This document shows, in pieces, positions 47,421 through 57,027 of a DNA stretch of 64,000 bases. The stretch is taken from contig JBDRPL010000032.1 of NCBI GenBank assembly GCA_043827025.1, positions 33,110-97,109 of the forward strand, read 5' to 3'. Every line of letters starts with the position of its first letter. The stretch's first letter is position 1. Position numbers and translations under genes: made by a program. The DNA is from Candidatus Micrarchaeota archaeon (GTDB lineage Archaea; Micrarchaeota; Micrarchaeia; Anstonellales; Bilamarchaeaceae). The notes beneath the pieces are model-generated. The model did no database searches and was not told where the DNA came from. It saw only the letters and a list, made by a program, of their open reading frames with translations.

Positions 47421-48575
47421 TCAGATAAAAACCCTAAACAACAAAAGCAACGTCGGCACAATTACTGCGCCCATTAAATTAGTTCTTGGCACTCCAACCT
47501 TTATCGTAAGATAGCCAAGAAGCGAACCCAAGGCAAATATTCCCAAACCAAACCATCCGTCAATTATGAAAACTATTGCCGTCAGGTAAATCACAAGAAC
47601 CCTGTTCATTTTTGTCATGTTAAACTCTGCCAGTTTTCCAATTTTCTTTCTGAACAGATAAACCAGCGCACAGGTTACAACTGTACTGAAAAGCATAAGC
47701 ACAAGAAGGTAATCCAGATTAGCTGTTATATCTACGAATTGATCAAGCCACACAATTCCTCCAACCCGCGCCTTGCCGAGCGAGCTTGCTGTTGAAAGAG
47801 CAAGCACCATTTGGCTTGTTGCAATGGATGAAATTGCAGATAAATATCCAAGGGTGTTCATCGGCATAAATATTGTAAGAAAAGTGGCAACCTGCCCTGT
47901 TGAGCTTATTCCGGGCAATAAATCTGAAAGCACTCCTCCAACAACTCCAATCAATACGAATCGGATATCAAATCCGCTAAGTGGAAGGTCTTTCTGTTCC
48001 TTTATTTTCTGGTGCGAATACATCAGAAGCGCAGGAATTGCAAAGAAACCTGTGAACATCGGGAGAAACGGATCTTCCATCGGGCTATTGAAAGAAGCAT
48101 AGCCTATTGTTCCTGCAAGCAGAAATACAAAAGCAGACATCACGCGGTTTTTGGACTTTAGCACGAATATTGCAGACAGCAAAAGCACAATATACTTTAT
48201 GAACGGAGATATTGCCCCATATATCATCGGGAAGAATCCAAGAGAAAGCGGAAAGATCACAATCGAGATAAGCGTTGCCAAGAGTATCGAAAGTATTATT
48301 GTCTTAAGTGCAAGCAATCCCTTTCCATCAAGAGTCATCCTGTGGCCAGGAAGAACTGAAACAACGCTCCCATCCTCAGGAATCGAAAAGAACAAGGAAG
48401 GTATGTAGGCAACAATCATATTCGCAGGCACAAGCAGTATTATCAGGAGATAGAAGTCAGGTATTTGAAATGAGGATAGGATGGAAATCAGCGTATTCGA
48501 ATGCAAACCTGGTATCAGACCTGCCAAAATCCCAAGCAGTATTCCAGCGCATATGAAAATAAAAAGATTAGACAT
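47421..48575 (-). CDS. hypothetical polytopic membrane protein (TctA/DUF112-like?)
   Basis: About 10 hydrophobic helices; family assignment uncertain. Confidence 0.4.
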   Translation of the reverse strand: MSNLFIFICAGILLGILAGLIPGLHSNTLISILSSFQIPDFYLLIILLVPANMIVAYIPSLFFSIPEDGSVVSVLPGHRMTLDGKGLLALKTIILSILLATLISIVIFPLSLGFFPMIYGAISPFIKYIVLLLSAIFVLKSKNRVMSAFVFLLAGTIGYASFNSPMEDPFLPMFTGFFAIPALLMYSHQKIKEQKDLPLSGFDIRFVLIGVVGGVLSDLLPGISSTGQVATFLTIFMPMNTLGYLSAISSIATSQMVLALSTASSLGKARVGGIVWLDQFVDITANLDYLLVLMLFSTVVTCALVYLFRKKIGKLAEFNMTKMNRVLVIYLTAIVFIIDGWFGLGIFALGSLLGYLTIKVGVPRTNLMGAVIVPTLLLLFRVFI

Positions 48576-49908
48576 AATATGGATTTCCCTTGATTATAGT
48601 CATGGTTACTTTCCCTTTGAATTCGATTTCTTCAAATGGCGACCAGCCACATTTTGTTTTAAGATCCTCTCGTTTCACAGTTGTCTTCTTGCCAAGATCG
48701 ACGATTGTTAATGATCCCTGGTAGCCAACAGCTATCTTTCCAAATCCTTTTCCATAGCTTCTATCAAGGAATTTGTTCACGAATTTTCCTGGATTGAAAG
48801 AAGTGACGCGTGCAATATCCTTTGGTGTGAACTTGTGCTCTGACATAAGCCATGCTGCAATTGTTCCATAAGTATCCAGCTGAGGGGTGCCAGAAGTCCC
48901 GTCTATGCAACTTATCTTCTTGCACTCCGCACCATTCTCCTTTTTCATCTTCAAGTAATTCATTTCTCCGCCGAAGTTCTCGAACTTTTCATCAAGCGTA
49001 TGAGGTGCATGATCAGTTGCAATAATGTCTATTGTCCCATCTCGAAGAGCTTCAATCAACTCTAACCTGTCTTTTTTGGAGCGTATGGAGGGATTTGCCT
49101 GTAAATAGGGCCAAAGCTCTGGTTTTGAATTTGTCATTTCAGTGTCAAAATAAAGATAAAGCGGAGAGACTTCAACAAGTGTCTTAAAACCTTTTTTCCT
49201 GTGCTTCTTAATCATCTCAAGGCCATTTCCGCCAATTGGCCAGTGGCACAATTTTGCTTTCAAATCAAATTCCTTAATCATTTCAAGTACGTATTCAAGT
49301 GCAACTTCAACGCATTTTACCGGACGTCGTTGGTCATGAGTTGGTTTGCCTTTATTTGCCTGTAATATATCATAGTCCTCGACATGGAAACTTATGTGCT
49401 TGCCATAATAGTTCTTGAGCGAATTCCTCAGTTCTTTTTTGCTTTTGAAGAATAGTTGCCCTACGGATGGGCCTGTGAAAACCTTGTATGGAACTTCCTT
49501 TTTCGATTTAATTGGTTTGGTGTCAGGCCCTATGCCAGCGTAATTCAGAAAAGTCACAGGAAGGTTTTTGTGCCTGTTTTTGTGCCATTCAAGCTGTTCA
49601 GAAGTTAAAAGAGGATTAGGTGTATTAGGCATTGCGCAACAACATACGACCCCTCCATTTATCGCAGCATCATTCGCAGTCTGGTATGTTTCTTTGTAAT
49701 TTTGCTTTTCTGTTTCATCTTCACGGGCATGGATGTGCACATCGACCATTCCAGGAAAAGCAATCTCTTTTTCACCAAGTTTGACGTCAGGCTTGCCGAT
49801 TTTGTCGGCAATCTTTGTAATCCGGCCAGTTTCTTGGCTTATCTCTACCTGTCCATAGAACTCGAATTCAGCATTGGCGAACCTGCCTTCGACTATTGTC
49901 TTTGACAT
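48568..49908 (-). CDS. dihydroorotase-like cyclic amidohydrolase with a large insertion
   Basis: GMVDVHIHARED metal motif and IATDHAPHT motif. Confidence 0.5.
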   Translation of the reverse strand: MSKTIVEGRFANAEFEFYGQVEISQETGRITKIADKIGKPDVKLGEKEIAFPGMVDVHIHAREDETEKQNYKETYQTANDAAINGGVVCCCAMPNTPNPLLTSEQLEWHKNRHKNLPVTFLNYAGIGPDTKPIKSKKEVPYKVFTGPSVGQLFFKSKKELRNSLKNYYGKHISFHVEDYDILQANKGKPTHDQRRPVKCVEVALEYVLEMIKEFDLKAKLCHWPIGGNGLEMIKKHRKKGFKTLVEVSPLYLYFDTEMTNSKPELWPYLQANPSIRSKKDRLELIEALRDGTIDIIATDHAPHTLDEKFENFGGEMNYLKMKKENGAECKKISCIDGTSGTPQLDTYGTIAAWLMSEHKFTPKDIARVTSFNPGKFVNKFLDRSYGKGFGKIAVGYQGSLTIVDLGKKTTVKREDLKTKCGWSPFEEIEFKGKVTMTIIKGNPYYV

Positions 49909-49979
49909 GATTTGGATTAGGGTCGTTTGATTAATAAATTTAACTCTCTATGTGTTCGCCATTTTGCATCAAAGGGCCT

Positions 49980-50882
49980 TCACCTTCGCAAATCCAGCCC
50001 TATTTTCTTTGTCTCTTTTTGTTCATTCCTTCCCATGTCTAAGTAATTCCCTGTTATCTGTAGTTCAACTGTTTCTGGGAATTCTCCTTCTTCATCCACA
50101 TAAAAATAGACATATCCTGTTTTTGTTTCCCCTAACTGGTAATACGAAGTGGTCTCTTTCAGCTGGCCTTCCCTCCCCCCGTATTTCAATTGGTCTTCAT
50201 TGACCAAAAGCTTCATTTCTGTAAGGTGGAATGGAAATACTTCGTCTCCCATGTTATTCACTTCAAGGTCAATCCTAAGGTATTCCCCTCCATAATACAG
50301 CCCTGCGCTCTTGATGCTTACTTCAAAATTACCAACACTCAGCTTTTGATTGAGATCCTTTTTGTCTTTCTGGTACTGCTCTTCCATCATTTGATTTAAT
50401 TCTTGATCGCTGTACTTTTGCAGATCATACACCTGTTTTTCCGCAGAGTATTCATTTCCCTGAAACTTGAGTGTTATCTTTGCATTCACCTTGTCATAAA
50501 CTGTTTTCTTTATCTTTGAGGCATCTATTTCGAAATTCACCTGGTTTTCGTTTCCAAATTCTGTCTTCCTCACTTTTCTACTCTCTTCGTATAGGATTCC
50601 ATCCTTATCCGAGATGCTCAATTCCACGTTTGCATCAGTTCTTACATATCCTTTCTTGTCATTGTCATAGATGAGGAAATATACGAAATAATTCGGGTTG
50701 CCTGATTTTTTGTAGATATTAAAGGATTGCACTGCCAGGTTGGAGCTTGGATTTGAGATTGCTCCTTCTTCAGGTGTTGTTACTGTGCTCTTACCTGTCA
50801 GCTGTTCTGTATCAAGAATATCCTTGCTGTTGCATCCGAATATGAAGAAACTTATAAGTAAAATCAGCATTATCTTTTTCAT
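49980..50882 (-). CDS. hypothetical lipoprotein
   Basis: Signal + lipobox MKKIMLILLISFFIFGCNS. Confidence 0.45.
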   Translation of the reverse strand: MKKIMLILLISFFIFGCNSKDILDTEQLTGKSTVTTPEEGAISNPSSNLAVQSFNIYKKSGNPNYFVYFLIYDNDKKGYVRTDANVELSISDKDGILYEESRKVRKTEFGNENQVNFEIDASKIKKTVYDKVNAKITLKFQGNEYSAEKQVYDLQKYSDQELNQMMEEQYQKDKKDLNQKLSVGNFEVSIKSAGLYYGGEYLRIDLEVNNMGDEVFPFHLTEMKLLVNEDQLKYGGREGQLKETTSYYQLGETKTGYVYFYVDEEGEFPETVELQITGNYLDMGRNEQKETKKIGLDLRR

Positions 50883-50945
50883 AACCCTAATTCACATCAT
50901 AATCTTTTAAATGTTTCTTCGACATGAATTCAAAAAGAAAAATAA

Positions 50946-51422
50946 TTACATTGGGGCAAATCCAGCTGCAAACCACCTTTCTTCTTTTTCTTCTCCTGTC
51001 AAATATGTAGTAGATATCTTCTGTGTTTTTGCCGGTTTTGGGTTTACAGCCAACTGGCCTTTTTCTTCTTGTGTCAAAGTTTCAACAAGAGGCGTTTTTG
51101 CAGCTTTAGGATTTACAGTCACAGAGTAGCCCCTTACAGAATAACGCCTAAGCGGTTGTCCTCCGAATCCTGTTTCAAATGTTTGTCGCGCTCTATGCCC
51201 AGTCCACATCGTTCTTTTTTGTGTTTCATCCAAGCCCTTTTTTGTAGGTGCCTCTGTTGTTCCTTCGGCTCTTTGTCCTGCACTTCTGTAAAAGAAACCA
51301 CATCCACATCCTTCTGATGCAGATATATGTCTGCTTGCAGCCCCGAAAACCAACTTAGGTGGGCGAAGAAGCAAGAAGTTGACCTCTCTTCTAACTTGTC
51401 CATGTGCTGTTGCTTCTGCCAT
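50946..51422 (-). CDS. hypothetical basic protein with internal ~21-aa tandem repeat (NPKAAKTPLVETLTQEEKGQ / NPKPAKTQKISTTYLTGEEKEE)
   Basis: Arg/Lys-rich, AGA codons; the track ORF begins with TTG, the first ATG is at 51422; no family recognised. Confidence 0.35.
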   Translation of the reverse strand: MAEATAHGQVRREVNFLLLRPPKLVFGAASRHISASEGCGCGFFYRSAGQRAEGTTEAPTKKGLDETQKRTMWTGHRARQTFETGFGGQPLRRYSVRGYSVTVNPKAAKTPLVETLTQEEKGQLAVNPKPAKTQKISTTYLTGEEKEERWFAAGFAPM

Positions 51423-51509
51423 GCTAATCAAGCCCCCACGTTCACTGGATTATCAGCGTATTCTTTCAAATAATCCTCTAGCAAAGAATGTTTTTTCTTT
51501 TCCATATGA

Positions 51510-51746
51510 TCACCCTAGGCTAAAAGTTGGTGCTGTTTGCACTGCCCGCCAGACTGTCATTCTGGAAATTCCAAACATATCTGCTAGTTCTCTCAAGGAG
51601 TAGGGATGACTGTAATATAGTTTCAGCATCTCCTGAAGCCTTTGTTCAGTCAGAGAATTTGGCCTTCCTGCCTTTCTATCAAAATTAGATACATCTACAT
51701 ATTGATTTACTTTTACCTGTGTGCTTTCCGAATTACTGGATTTCAC
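51510..51746 (-). CDS. small HTH protein resembling a transposase/recombinase HTH module
   Basis: GRPNSLTEQRLQEMLKLYYSHPYSLRELADMFGISRMTVWRAV (Hin/IS630-like HTH). Confidence 0.45.
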   Translation of the reverse strand: MKSSNSESTQVKVNQYVDVSNFDRKAGRPNSLTEQRLQEMLKLYYSHPYSLRELADMFGISRMTVWRAVQTAPTFSLG

Positions 51747-51867
51747 ACCACCCTTTTGTAGTTTCTTTTTTCATACCTAACACCTCATTTTATTTTTTGC
51801 ACGTTTTCGTGCTTGTTTATGATTAATGCAGGAAAATATTTATAAATAAGTGTCACAAAATTAATTT

Positions 51868-52041
51868 ATGGGCCCTGTTTGTCCAAAATGTAAATCAAAA
51901 GATGTAGTTCGTATTTTATATGGGAAACCTTCAAATCAGACACTTGAAAGATCTGAAAGAGGAGAGATTAAACTTGGAGGTTGTTGCATTTCTGGCAATG
52001 ATCCCAAAAACTACTGCAAAAACTGTAAGAATGAATGGTAA
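51868..52041 (+). CDS. small zinc-ribbon protein (57 aa)
   Basis: Manual ORF MGPVCPKCKSKDVVRILYGK...GGCCISGNDPKNYCKNCKNEW; two CxxC pairs; divergent from the HTH gene. Confidence 0.4.
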   Translation: MGPVCPKCKSKDVVRILYGKPSNQTLERSERGEIKLGGCCISGNDPKNYCKNCKNEW

Positions 52042-52046
52042 TCTTT

Positions 52047-53345
52047 TCAGCCAATCGTTATATCTTTAACTCGTATGTGTGGCCCGCCATCAGAAACAGG
52101 CATTTTTTGCCCGCCTTTCCCACATACTCCAGGGGAGGTTTCAAAATCATTACCCACTATCTCTACTTTTTTCAGCGTCTCAAGTATGTTTCCTATTATT
52201 GCAACGTCACGGAGCTGTTCACTTATCTCGCCATTCTTTATTCTGAATGCCTCTTCTGCTTTGAACATGAATCCTCCTGAGAATATGTCAACACTTCCTC
52301 CCAACATTCCTTTCAAGTAGATTCCATCTCTGACATCAAAGACATCTTCCTTCTTTGCAGTTCCTGGCTGGAAGTAGGTGTTGCCCATCCTTACTATGGG
52401 AAAATCAGAATATGTTTCTGCCCTTGTGTGTCCATTGGGCTGCATTCCCAGTTGGTGAGCTGTTTCTCTTGAAAGGAGGTATCCTCTGACAACTCCATTT
52501 TCAATTAGGGTGGCTTTCTTCGCTGCAACGCCTTCGTCGTCGTAAGCGTAATGGCCGAAATCATTTGCAATAGGGTCGTCGATTATGTTTACCATTTCAT
52601 TTCCTATCATGGCACCCAACTTTCCTTCCAATATTGATTCGTTTTCAATTACTGCATCTGCTTCGCATGCATGGCCTATGGCCTCATGGCTTAGAACACC
52701 TGTCATCTCTGGATTGAGCACCACTGTGAAAGTGCCTTTTGGAGGGAGTTTTGCATTCAATATTCTCTTTATTTTTTCATTGGCTTTTTTAGCAACCTGG
52801 TTGGCATCTATTTTTTCGAAACCGATGGTGTTTGCCTGCCTTTCGTGCGCCACTTGAACAGTATCTCTTTTTCCTATTGCTTGTATTGATAAATAGGTAT
52901 AAACCTGTTTTTGGAGTATTTCGCTTCCTTCAGAACTACAAAATCTTTTTTCAATTATCCTTTCGTTAAGTCCCAATATTCTGTTCTTTATTTCTTTTGC
53001 ATCCATCTCTTTCTTGGCATCGAGCAATCTTTTGATTTTCTCTTCAGTAGGTATAGTCTGGATTCTTGCTTCTGTCTGCGATTTCACTATCTCCACCTCA
53101 GCAAGTTTCACATCTCCTTTGCTTATGGACGCCAATTTCTCGGCTTTTTTCAATAATTCTTTTATTTCTTTAGTATCTGTTCCACTTGCAAATCCCCAGG
53201 CGCCATTTGCTAGTACGCGCACTGAAATTCCAAAACTAATGCCTTCATAGGGTCTTATCTCATCATCCTTTATCCTTATCGAACTCAGGGTTTCCGTGAC
53301 TTCTCTCACGTCTGCATATTGGTATTTTGAGAGAAAGTTGATCAT
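52047..53345 (-). CDS. tldD: TldD/PmbA-family protein (peptidase U62)
   Basis: C-terminal GGSVDIFSGGFMF ... SPGVCGKGGQKMPVSDGGPHI. Confidence 0.75.
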   Translation of the reverse strand: MINFLSKYQYADVREVTETLSSIRIKDDEIRPYEGISFGISVRVLANGAWGFASGTDTKEIKELLKKAEKLASISKGDVKLAEVEIVKSQTEARIQTIPTEEKIKRLLDAKKEMDAKEIKNRILGLNERIIEKRFCSSEGSEILQKQVYTYLSIQAIGKRDTVQVAHERQANTIGFEKIDANQVAKKANEKIKRILNAKLPPKGTFTVVLNPEMTGVLSHEAIGHACEADAVIENESILEGKLGAMIGNEMVNIIDDPIANDFGHYAYDDEGVAAKKATLIENGVVRGYLLSRETAHQLGMQPNGHTRAETYSDFPIVRMGNTYFQPGTAKKEDVFDVRDGIYLKGMLGGSVDIFSGGFMFKAEEAFRIKNGEISEQLRDVAIIGNILETLKKVEIVGNDFETSPGVCGKGGQKMPVSDGGPHIRVKDITIG

Positions 53346-53364
53346 AGTATCATCTTGTTTTTGC

Positions 53365-53700
53365 CTATTCTGCAGGTTCTGGCTTTAAGTCTTGTATCTT
53401 GTCAGCATATTCCCTGAGTATTTTTTTCTTTTCCCGATTTTCAGTCACTCCGCACAAATAGTAATCTCCTGCAGGCACGATTATGATATAACTCTGCCCG
53501 GTTGAAATTTCTATCTCATTGTTTTTATCCTTCATCGTCTTCATTATGGTTTCGATTATGTTCGACATCGAGGCTATTATTCCCGAGGTGTTGCTGTCAA
53601 GGGCTAATGTAGAGTATGCCTTCACCCCATCCTTTCTTATCAGTGCACCATCCACTCCGGCATCCTTCATCTGGTTCATAATATTTGTTATTTCTTCCAT
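53365..53700 (-). CDS. Roadblock/LC7 (MglB-like) domain protein
   Basis: 111 aa; DGALIRKDGVKAYSTLALD ... IIVPAGDYYLCGV pattern of Roadblock/LC7. Confidence 0.6.
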   Translation of the reverse strand: MEEITNIMNQMKDAGVDGALIRKDGVKAYSTLALDSNTSGIIASMSNIIETIMKTMKDKNNEIEISTGQSYIIIVPAGDYYLCGVTENREKKKILREYADKIQDLKPEPAE

Positions 53701-53711
53701 TTTTACACCCT

Positions 53712-54443
53712 CTAGATTATGCTTATCCCTGTAGGGCCGAGCTTTATAGGTATGTCATCGGAAATTTCTGGAACATCCATGCTTAACATGCCGTCCTTTT
53801 CAGCTATCTCGAACTTTTCATCCATCATATGCTCAACAACGCTCAGGAGCTTCTTTTCATGAACTCCCTCTTCAACGAGCATCAGCGTGGTTGCATTTGC
53901 CTTCATCAGCCTTCCGCAAACCACTTGCAGGAATTTCAATATTGATTCTATTGGATTGTAGAGCATGAATGTGGATAGCGAACTGAACACCACCCTGATC
54001 TTTTTTCCGTTTGCCTTTGCCATCCCCTCGTTTATAGCAAGCGAAAGGTCATTTAATGCACTTGGGCCAGGGACAACTATTCGTTTTTCAGAAGGTTCCT
54101 GGCGATCTCCACTGTTTGAAGTATAGCAGTCTATGAAAAGGAAATTGGGAGCATCCAGTTTTATTCCAATAGATTGTGCCCTTTGCATCACGTTTTCAAT
54201 GGCAGAGTCAGAAGATATGAATATTATATATTCATCCGGCTTCCTCAAACCCACTGCAGCGAACTGGAATGACAGCATCATTTTCTCTACTCCTGTTGGG
54301 CCAAGGATCATTATGTTTGCAGGGTTTTTGTAACCTCCTTCGAGTATGAGGTCCAGATCTTTGATACCTGTTGACATTCTGTCTTTTTTGAGTATAGGTG
54401 CGTCCTTATCAACATTCATTTCAGGCATATCCATAGCTATCAC
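53712..54443 (-). CDS. KaiC/RecA-superfamily ATPase-like protein with degenerate P-loop
   Basis: GIKDLDLILEGGYKNPANIMILGPTGVEKM (Walker A lacks the canonical GK[ST]), Walker-B-like FLFID. Confidence 0.55.
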   Translation of the reverse strand: MIAMDMPEMNVDKDAPILKKDRMSTGIKDLDLILEGGYKNPANIMILGPTGVEKMMLSFQFAAVGLRKPDEYIIFISSDSAIENVMQRAQSIGIKLDAPNFLFIDCYTSNSGDRQEPSEKRIVVPGPSALNDLSLAINEGMAKANGKKIRVVFSSLSTFMLYNPIESILKFLQVVCGRLMKANATTLMLVEEGVHEKKLLSVVEHMMDEKFEIAEKDGMLSMDVPEISDDIPIKLGPTGISII

Positions 54444-54526
54444 TTCTTTTGCAAATTTTATAAAGGTTGTTCTTTTTCCTGTAAAAAGAGCTGAAATGTT
54501 AAAGAAAATAGAAAAAATAGGATAAA

Positions 54527-54952
54527 TCAGTAGTATTCTGTGCCCCTTCCTGAGTAGTCCCCACTGGTGAATCCTGAGCAGTCTTCAGAAGGTTCTTTTA
54601 CGCAGCATCTTTCAACCCAGCTGCTATCTGCTTGTCCAGTCATCATGATTGAGATTATCCAAGGCATGATTATCCAGATGATTCCCCCTATTATTGCTCC
54701 GGTGAACATTGCTGTTGCCCAGACTGTTGCCCTGGCTCTTGTTTCTGCACCAAGGACCTGTCCGAGTCCGTATATAATTGCTGCCAATACTATAAGTACA
54801 AGCGCAACCAATGCCAGCAATCCCTTTGCCATGTCGCATACGGCGCCAAAAGCATTCCTCAGGTTCTGCGCTGCATCTGCTGCAACTACGATGTTTGCCA
54901 ATGCAAACAGTAATATTATTGACATAACTATTTTCGGATATTTGGTTATCAT
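54527..54952 (-). CDS. small membrane protein with VirB2/TrbC-pilin-like topology (paralogue A)
   Basis: Signal/TM1, short polar linker, two closely spaced TM helices joined by the conserved loop GAETRARATVWATAM, Cys-rich tail. Confidence 0.45.
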   Translation of the reverse strand: MITKYPKIVMSIILLFALANIVVAADAAQNLRNAFGAVCDMAKGLLALVALVLIVLAAIIYGLGQVLGAETRARATVWATAMFTGAIIGGIIWIIMPWIISIMMTGQADSSWVERCCVKEPSEDCSGFTSGDYSGRGTEYY

Positions 54953-55082
54953 TTATCTTTCACCTTTGTATCTCAGTAATTTATTGTAGTCTTGGTAAAC
55001 TTAGTTTATAAAGGTTTGGGATTCTCCGAACGGTAATGCAATTAGAATAAGTTGAAAAGAAAATTAAAGAAAAAAATTGGAT

Positions 55083-55493
55083 TTAATTTACTGCAAAGGC
55101 ACAAGGGTCAGAACCATCACCATATGAGAATCCTGCACCAAGTTGGTCTTGAGGTATCAATGTCCTTATTATGCTTGGAATCAGCAAGTAAATCGCAATT
55201 CCTACCAAAGCACCAATAATCATTGCAGTAGCCCAAACTGAAGCTCTAGCTCTTGTTTCAGCACCTGTGATCTGGCCGATTGCATAAACAACTGCAGCAA
55301 GCACAATCAAAATCAACGCAGCGCCACCTAAGAGCATCTGTGCGTTGTGACATAATTCTTTCATTGCATTTGCAATATTTTGTGTTCCTGTGTCCGCAGC
55401 GATTGCCAACGTTGCCAAATTAAGTAATACCATCAGCATTATCAGATATTTTCCAATCCTATTCATCGATGTCATTGTTTTATATACATCCAT
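55083..55493 (-). CDS. small membrane protein with VirB2/TrbC-pilin-like topology (paralogue B)
   Basis: Same architecture and the shared motif AAD...GAETRARASVWATAM as paralogue A. Confidence 0.45.
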   Translation of the reverse strand: MDVYKTMTSMNRIGKYLIMLMVLLNLATLAIAADTGTQNIANAMKELCHNAQMLLGGAALILIVLAAVVYAIGQITGAETRARASVWATAMIIGALVGIAIYLLIPSIIRTLIPQDQLGAGFSYGDGSDPCAFAVN

Positions 55494-55575
55494 CTATTTA
55501 CACCTCATTAAAATTAAGATGAATATGTTTCTGAAGGTTTATAAATGTTGTTTCCTGTATTTTTAATCTGATTTC

Positions 55576-56991
55576 ATGGAGAATCCCAAATATCTTGTCA
55601 CTGTTTTTATCTCTGGTTTCTGTGCAATGATTGTGGAGATTGCAGGAGGAAGAATAATCGCACCTTATTTGGGAACCACTATCTTCACCTGGAGTGCGGT
55701 TATCGGCCTGGTTTTGGGCGCTCTTAGCATAGGGTATTATATCGGGGGAAGATTGGGAGATAAATACAATAATGTAAAACAACTCTCCCTCATCTTGATT
55801 GTGGCCGGCTTCCTAACACTTACAGTTCCTTTTTTTGCCCGATTGCTTCTTCCGGCAACGATGTTCATTGACCTGAAGATCGCAAGCATTATCGCGGCAT
55901 TCATTCTTGTGCCTTCAAGTCTCTTCTATGGAATGGTCAGCCCTTATATCATAAAACTTGCAATAAAGAAGGACAGCGAAGGTTCTGTTGCAGGAGATAT
56001 CTTTTCCACCTCAACAGTTGGAAGCATCTTGGGAGTCCTCGTAACTGGTTTCATACTAATTCCAAACATTCCCATTTCTGTGATTTTCATACTCGGCGCC
56101 TTTCTAATGCTTCTTTCTTCAGTTATTCTTTCCAGAAGAATTCCTTTCATAGAGCTTGGCGTTTTTCTTGTCGTCTCATTTTTCATGTCTGGCATCTCGT
56201 ATTCCCACTTTGTGGAAGGTAATGTGCTTTATGAAGGCGAGAGCCCGTATTATTACATAACAGTTACGGACACTGTTTTTGATAACAAAAGCGGCATACT
56301 CTTAGGTCTGGATTCGGCATATTATTCAAGTGGTCAGACTAATGATGGTGATTTCCTTTTTGATTATGCAAAAAAAGTCCGTTTGACTTATCCTCTCCTA
56401 CGTGATCCTAAAAGCTTTTTGATACTTGGAAATGCTGCAGGCACGCAGGCAATGGATCTTAGAAAAAATTTCCCGGATTCCGATATAGATACTTTGGAAA
56501 TTGATGATCGGCTTATTGACATTGGCAAGAAATATTTCAATTTCAAGCCTGACGAAAGATTGAGAGTAATAAATGACGATGCAAGAAGGTATGTGAAAGC
56601 CACGAATCTTACCTACGATATGATCATAGTAGATACCTATCGTGGCAAGAGCCTGCCTTACCATCTGACAACAGTCGAGTTTGTTTCTGAGCTTAAGCAT
56701 GTACTTAAGGACGATGGCCTGGTGGTGGCGAATACTATTTCCCCGTTAGGCGGGGAGTCTTCAGAGACCATAAAACTCATTTATTTGGCTTATAGATCCA
56801 TGTTCAATGATGTCTTTTTGATTCCAATGAATCATTCTGATCTTGGTTCTCAGAATATTCTTCTAATTGCCAGTGACAGGGATTTGGGTGATTTTCGTAT
56901 TAAATATTCTGATTTAATTTATAACATAAATACAGGTTCGCTTTCTGTGCCTACTGATGAACTGAATCCTATTGAATTGTTCGGTCATTGA
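55576..56991 (+). CDS. spermidine-synthase-family aminopropyltransferase fused to an N-terminal ~7-TM domain
   Basis: C-terminal SpeE-like motifs (ILGNAAGT, IDTLEIDDRLID, VINDDARRY, DMIIVD) after a polytopic membrane domain. Confidence 0.65.
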   Translation: MENPKYLVTVFISGFCAMIVEIAGGRIIAPYLGTTIFTWSAVIGLVLGALSIGYYIGGRLGDKYNNVKQLSLILIVAGFLTLTVPFFARLLLPATMFIDLKIASIIAAFILVPSSLFYGMVSPYIIKLAIKKDSEGSVAGDIFSTSTVGSILGVLVTGFILIPNIPISVIFILGAFLMLLSSVILSRRIPFIELGVFLVVSFFMSGISYSHFVEGNVLYEGESPYYYITVTDTVFDNKSGILLGLDSAYYSSGQTNDGDFLFDYAKKVRLTYPLLRDPKSFLILGNAAGTQAMDLRKNFPDSDIDTLEIDDRLIDIGKKYFNFKPDERLRVINDDARRYVKATNLTYDMIIVDTYRGKSLPYHLTTVEFVSELKHVLKDDGLVVANTISPLGGESSETIKLIYLAYRSMFNDVFLIPMNHSDLGSQNILLIASDRDLGDFRIKYSDLIYNINTGSLSVPTDELNPIELFGH

Positions 56992-57027
56992 TAGTTATTT
57001 AAAAACCTAATCTCTGAAATCCAAATC

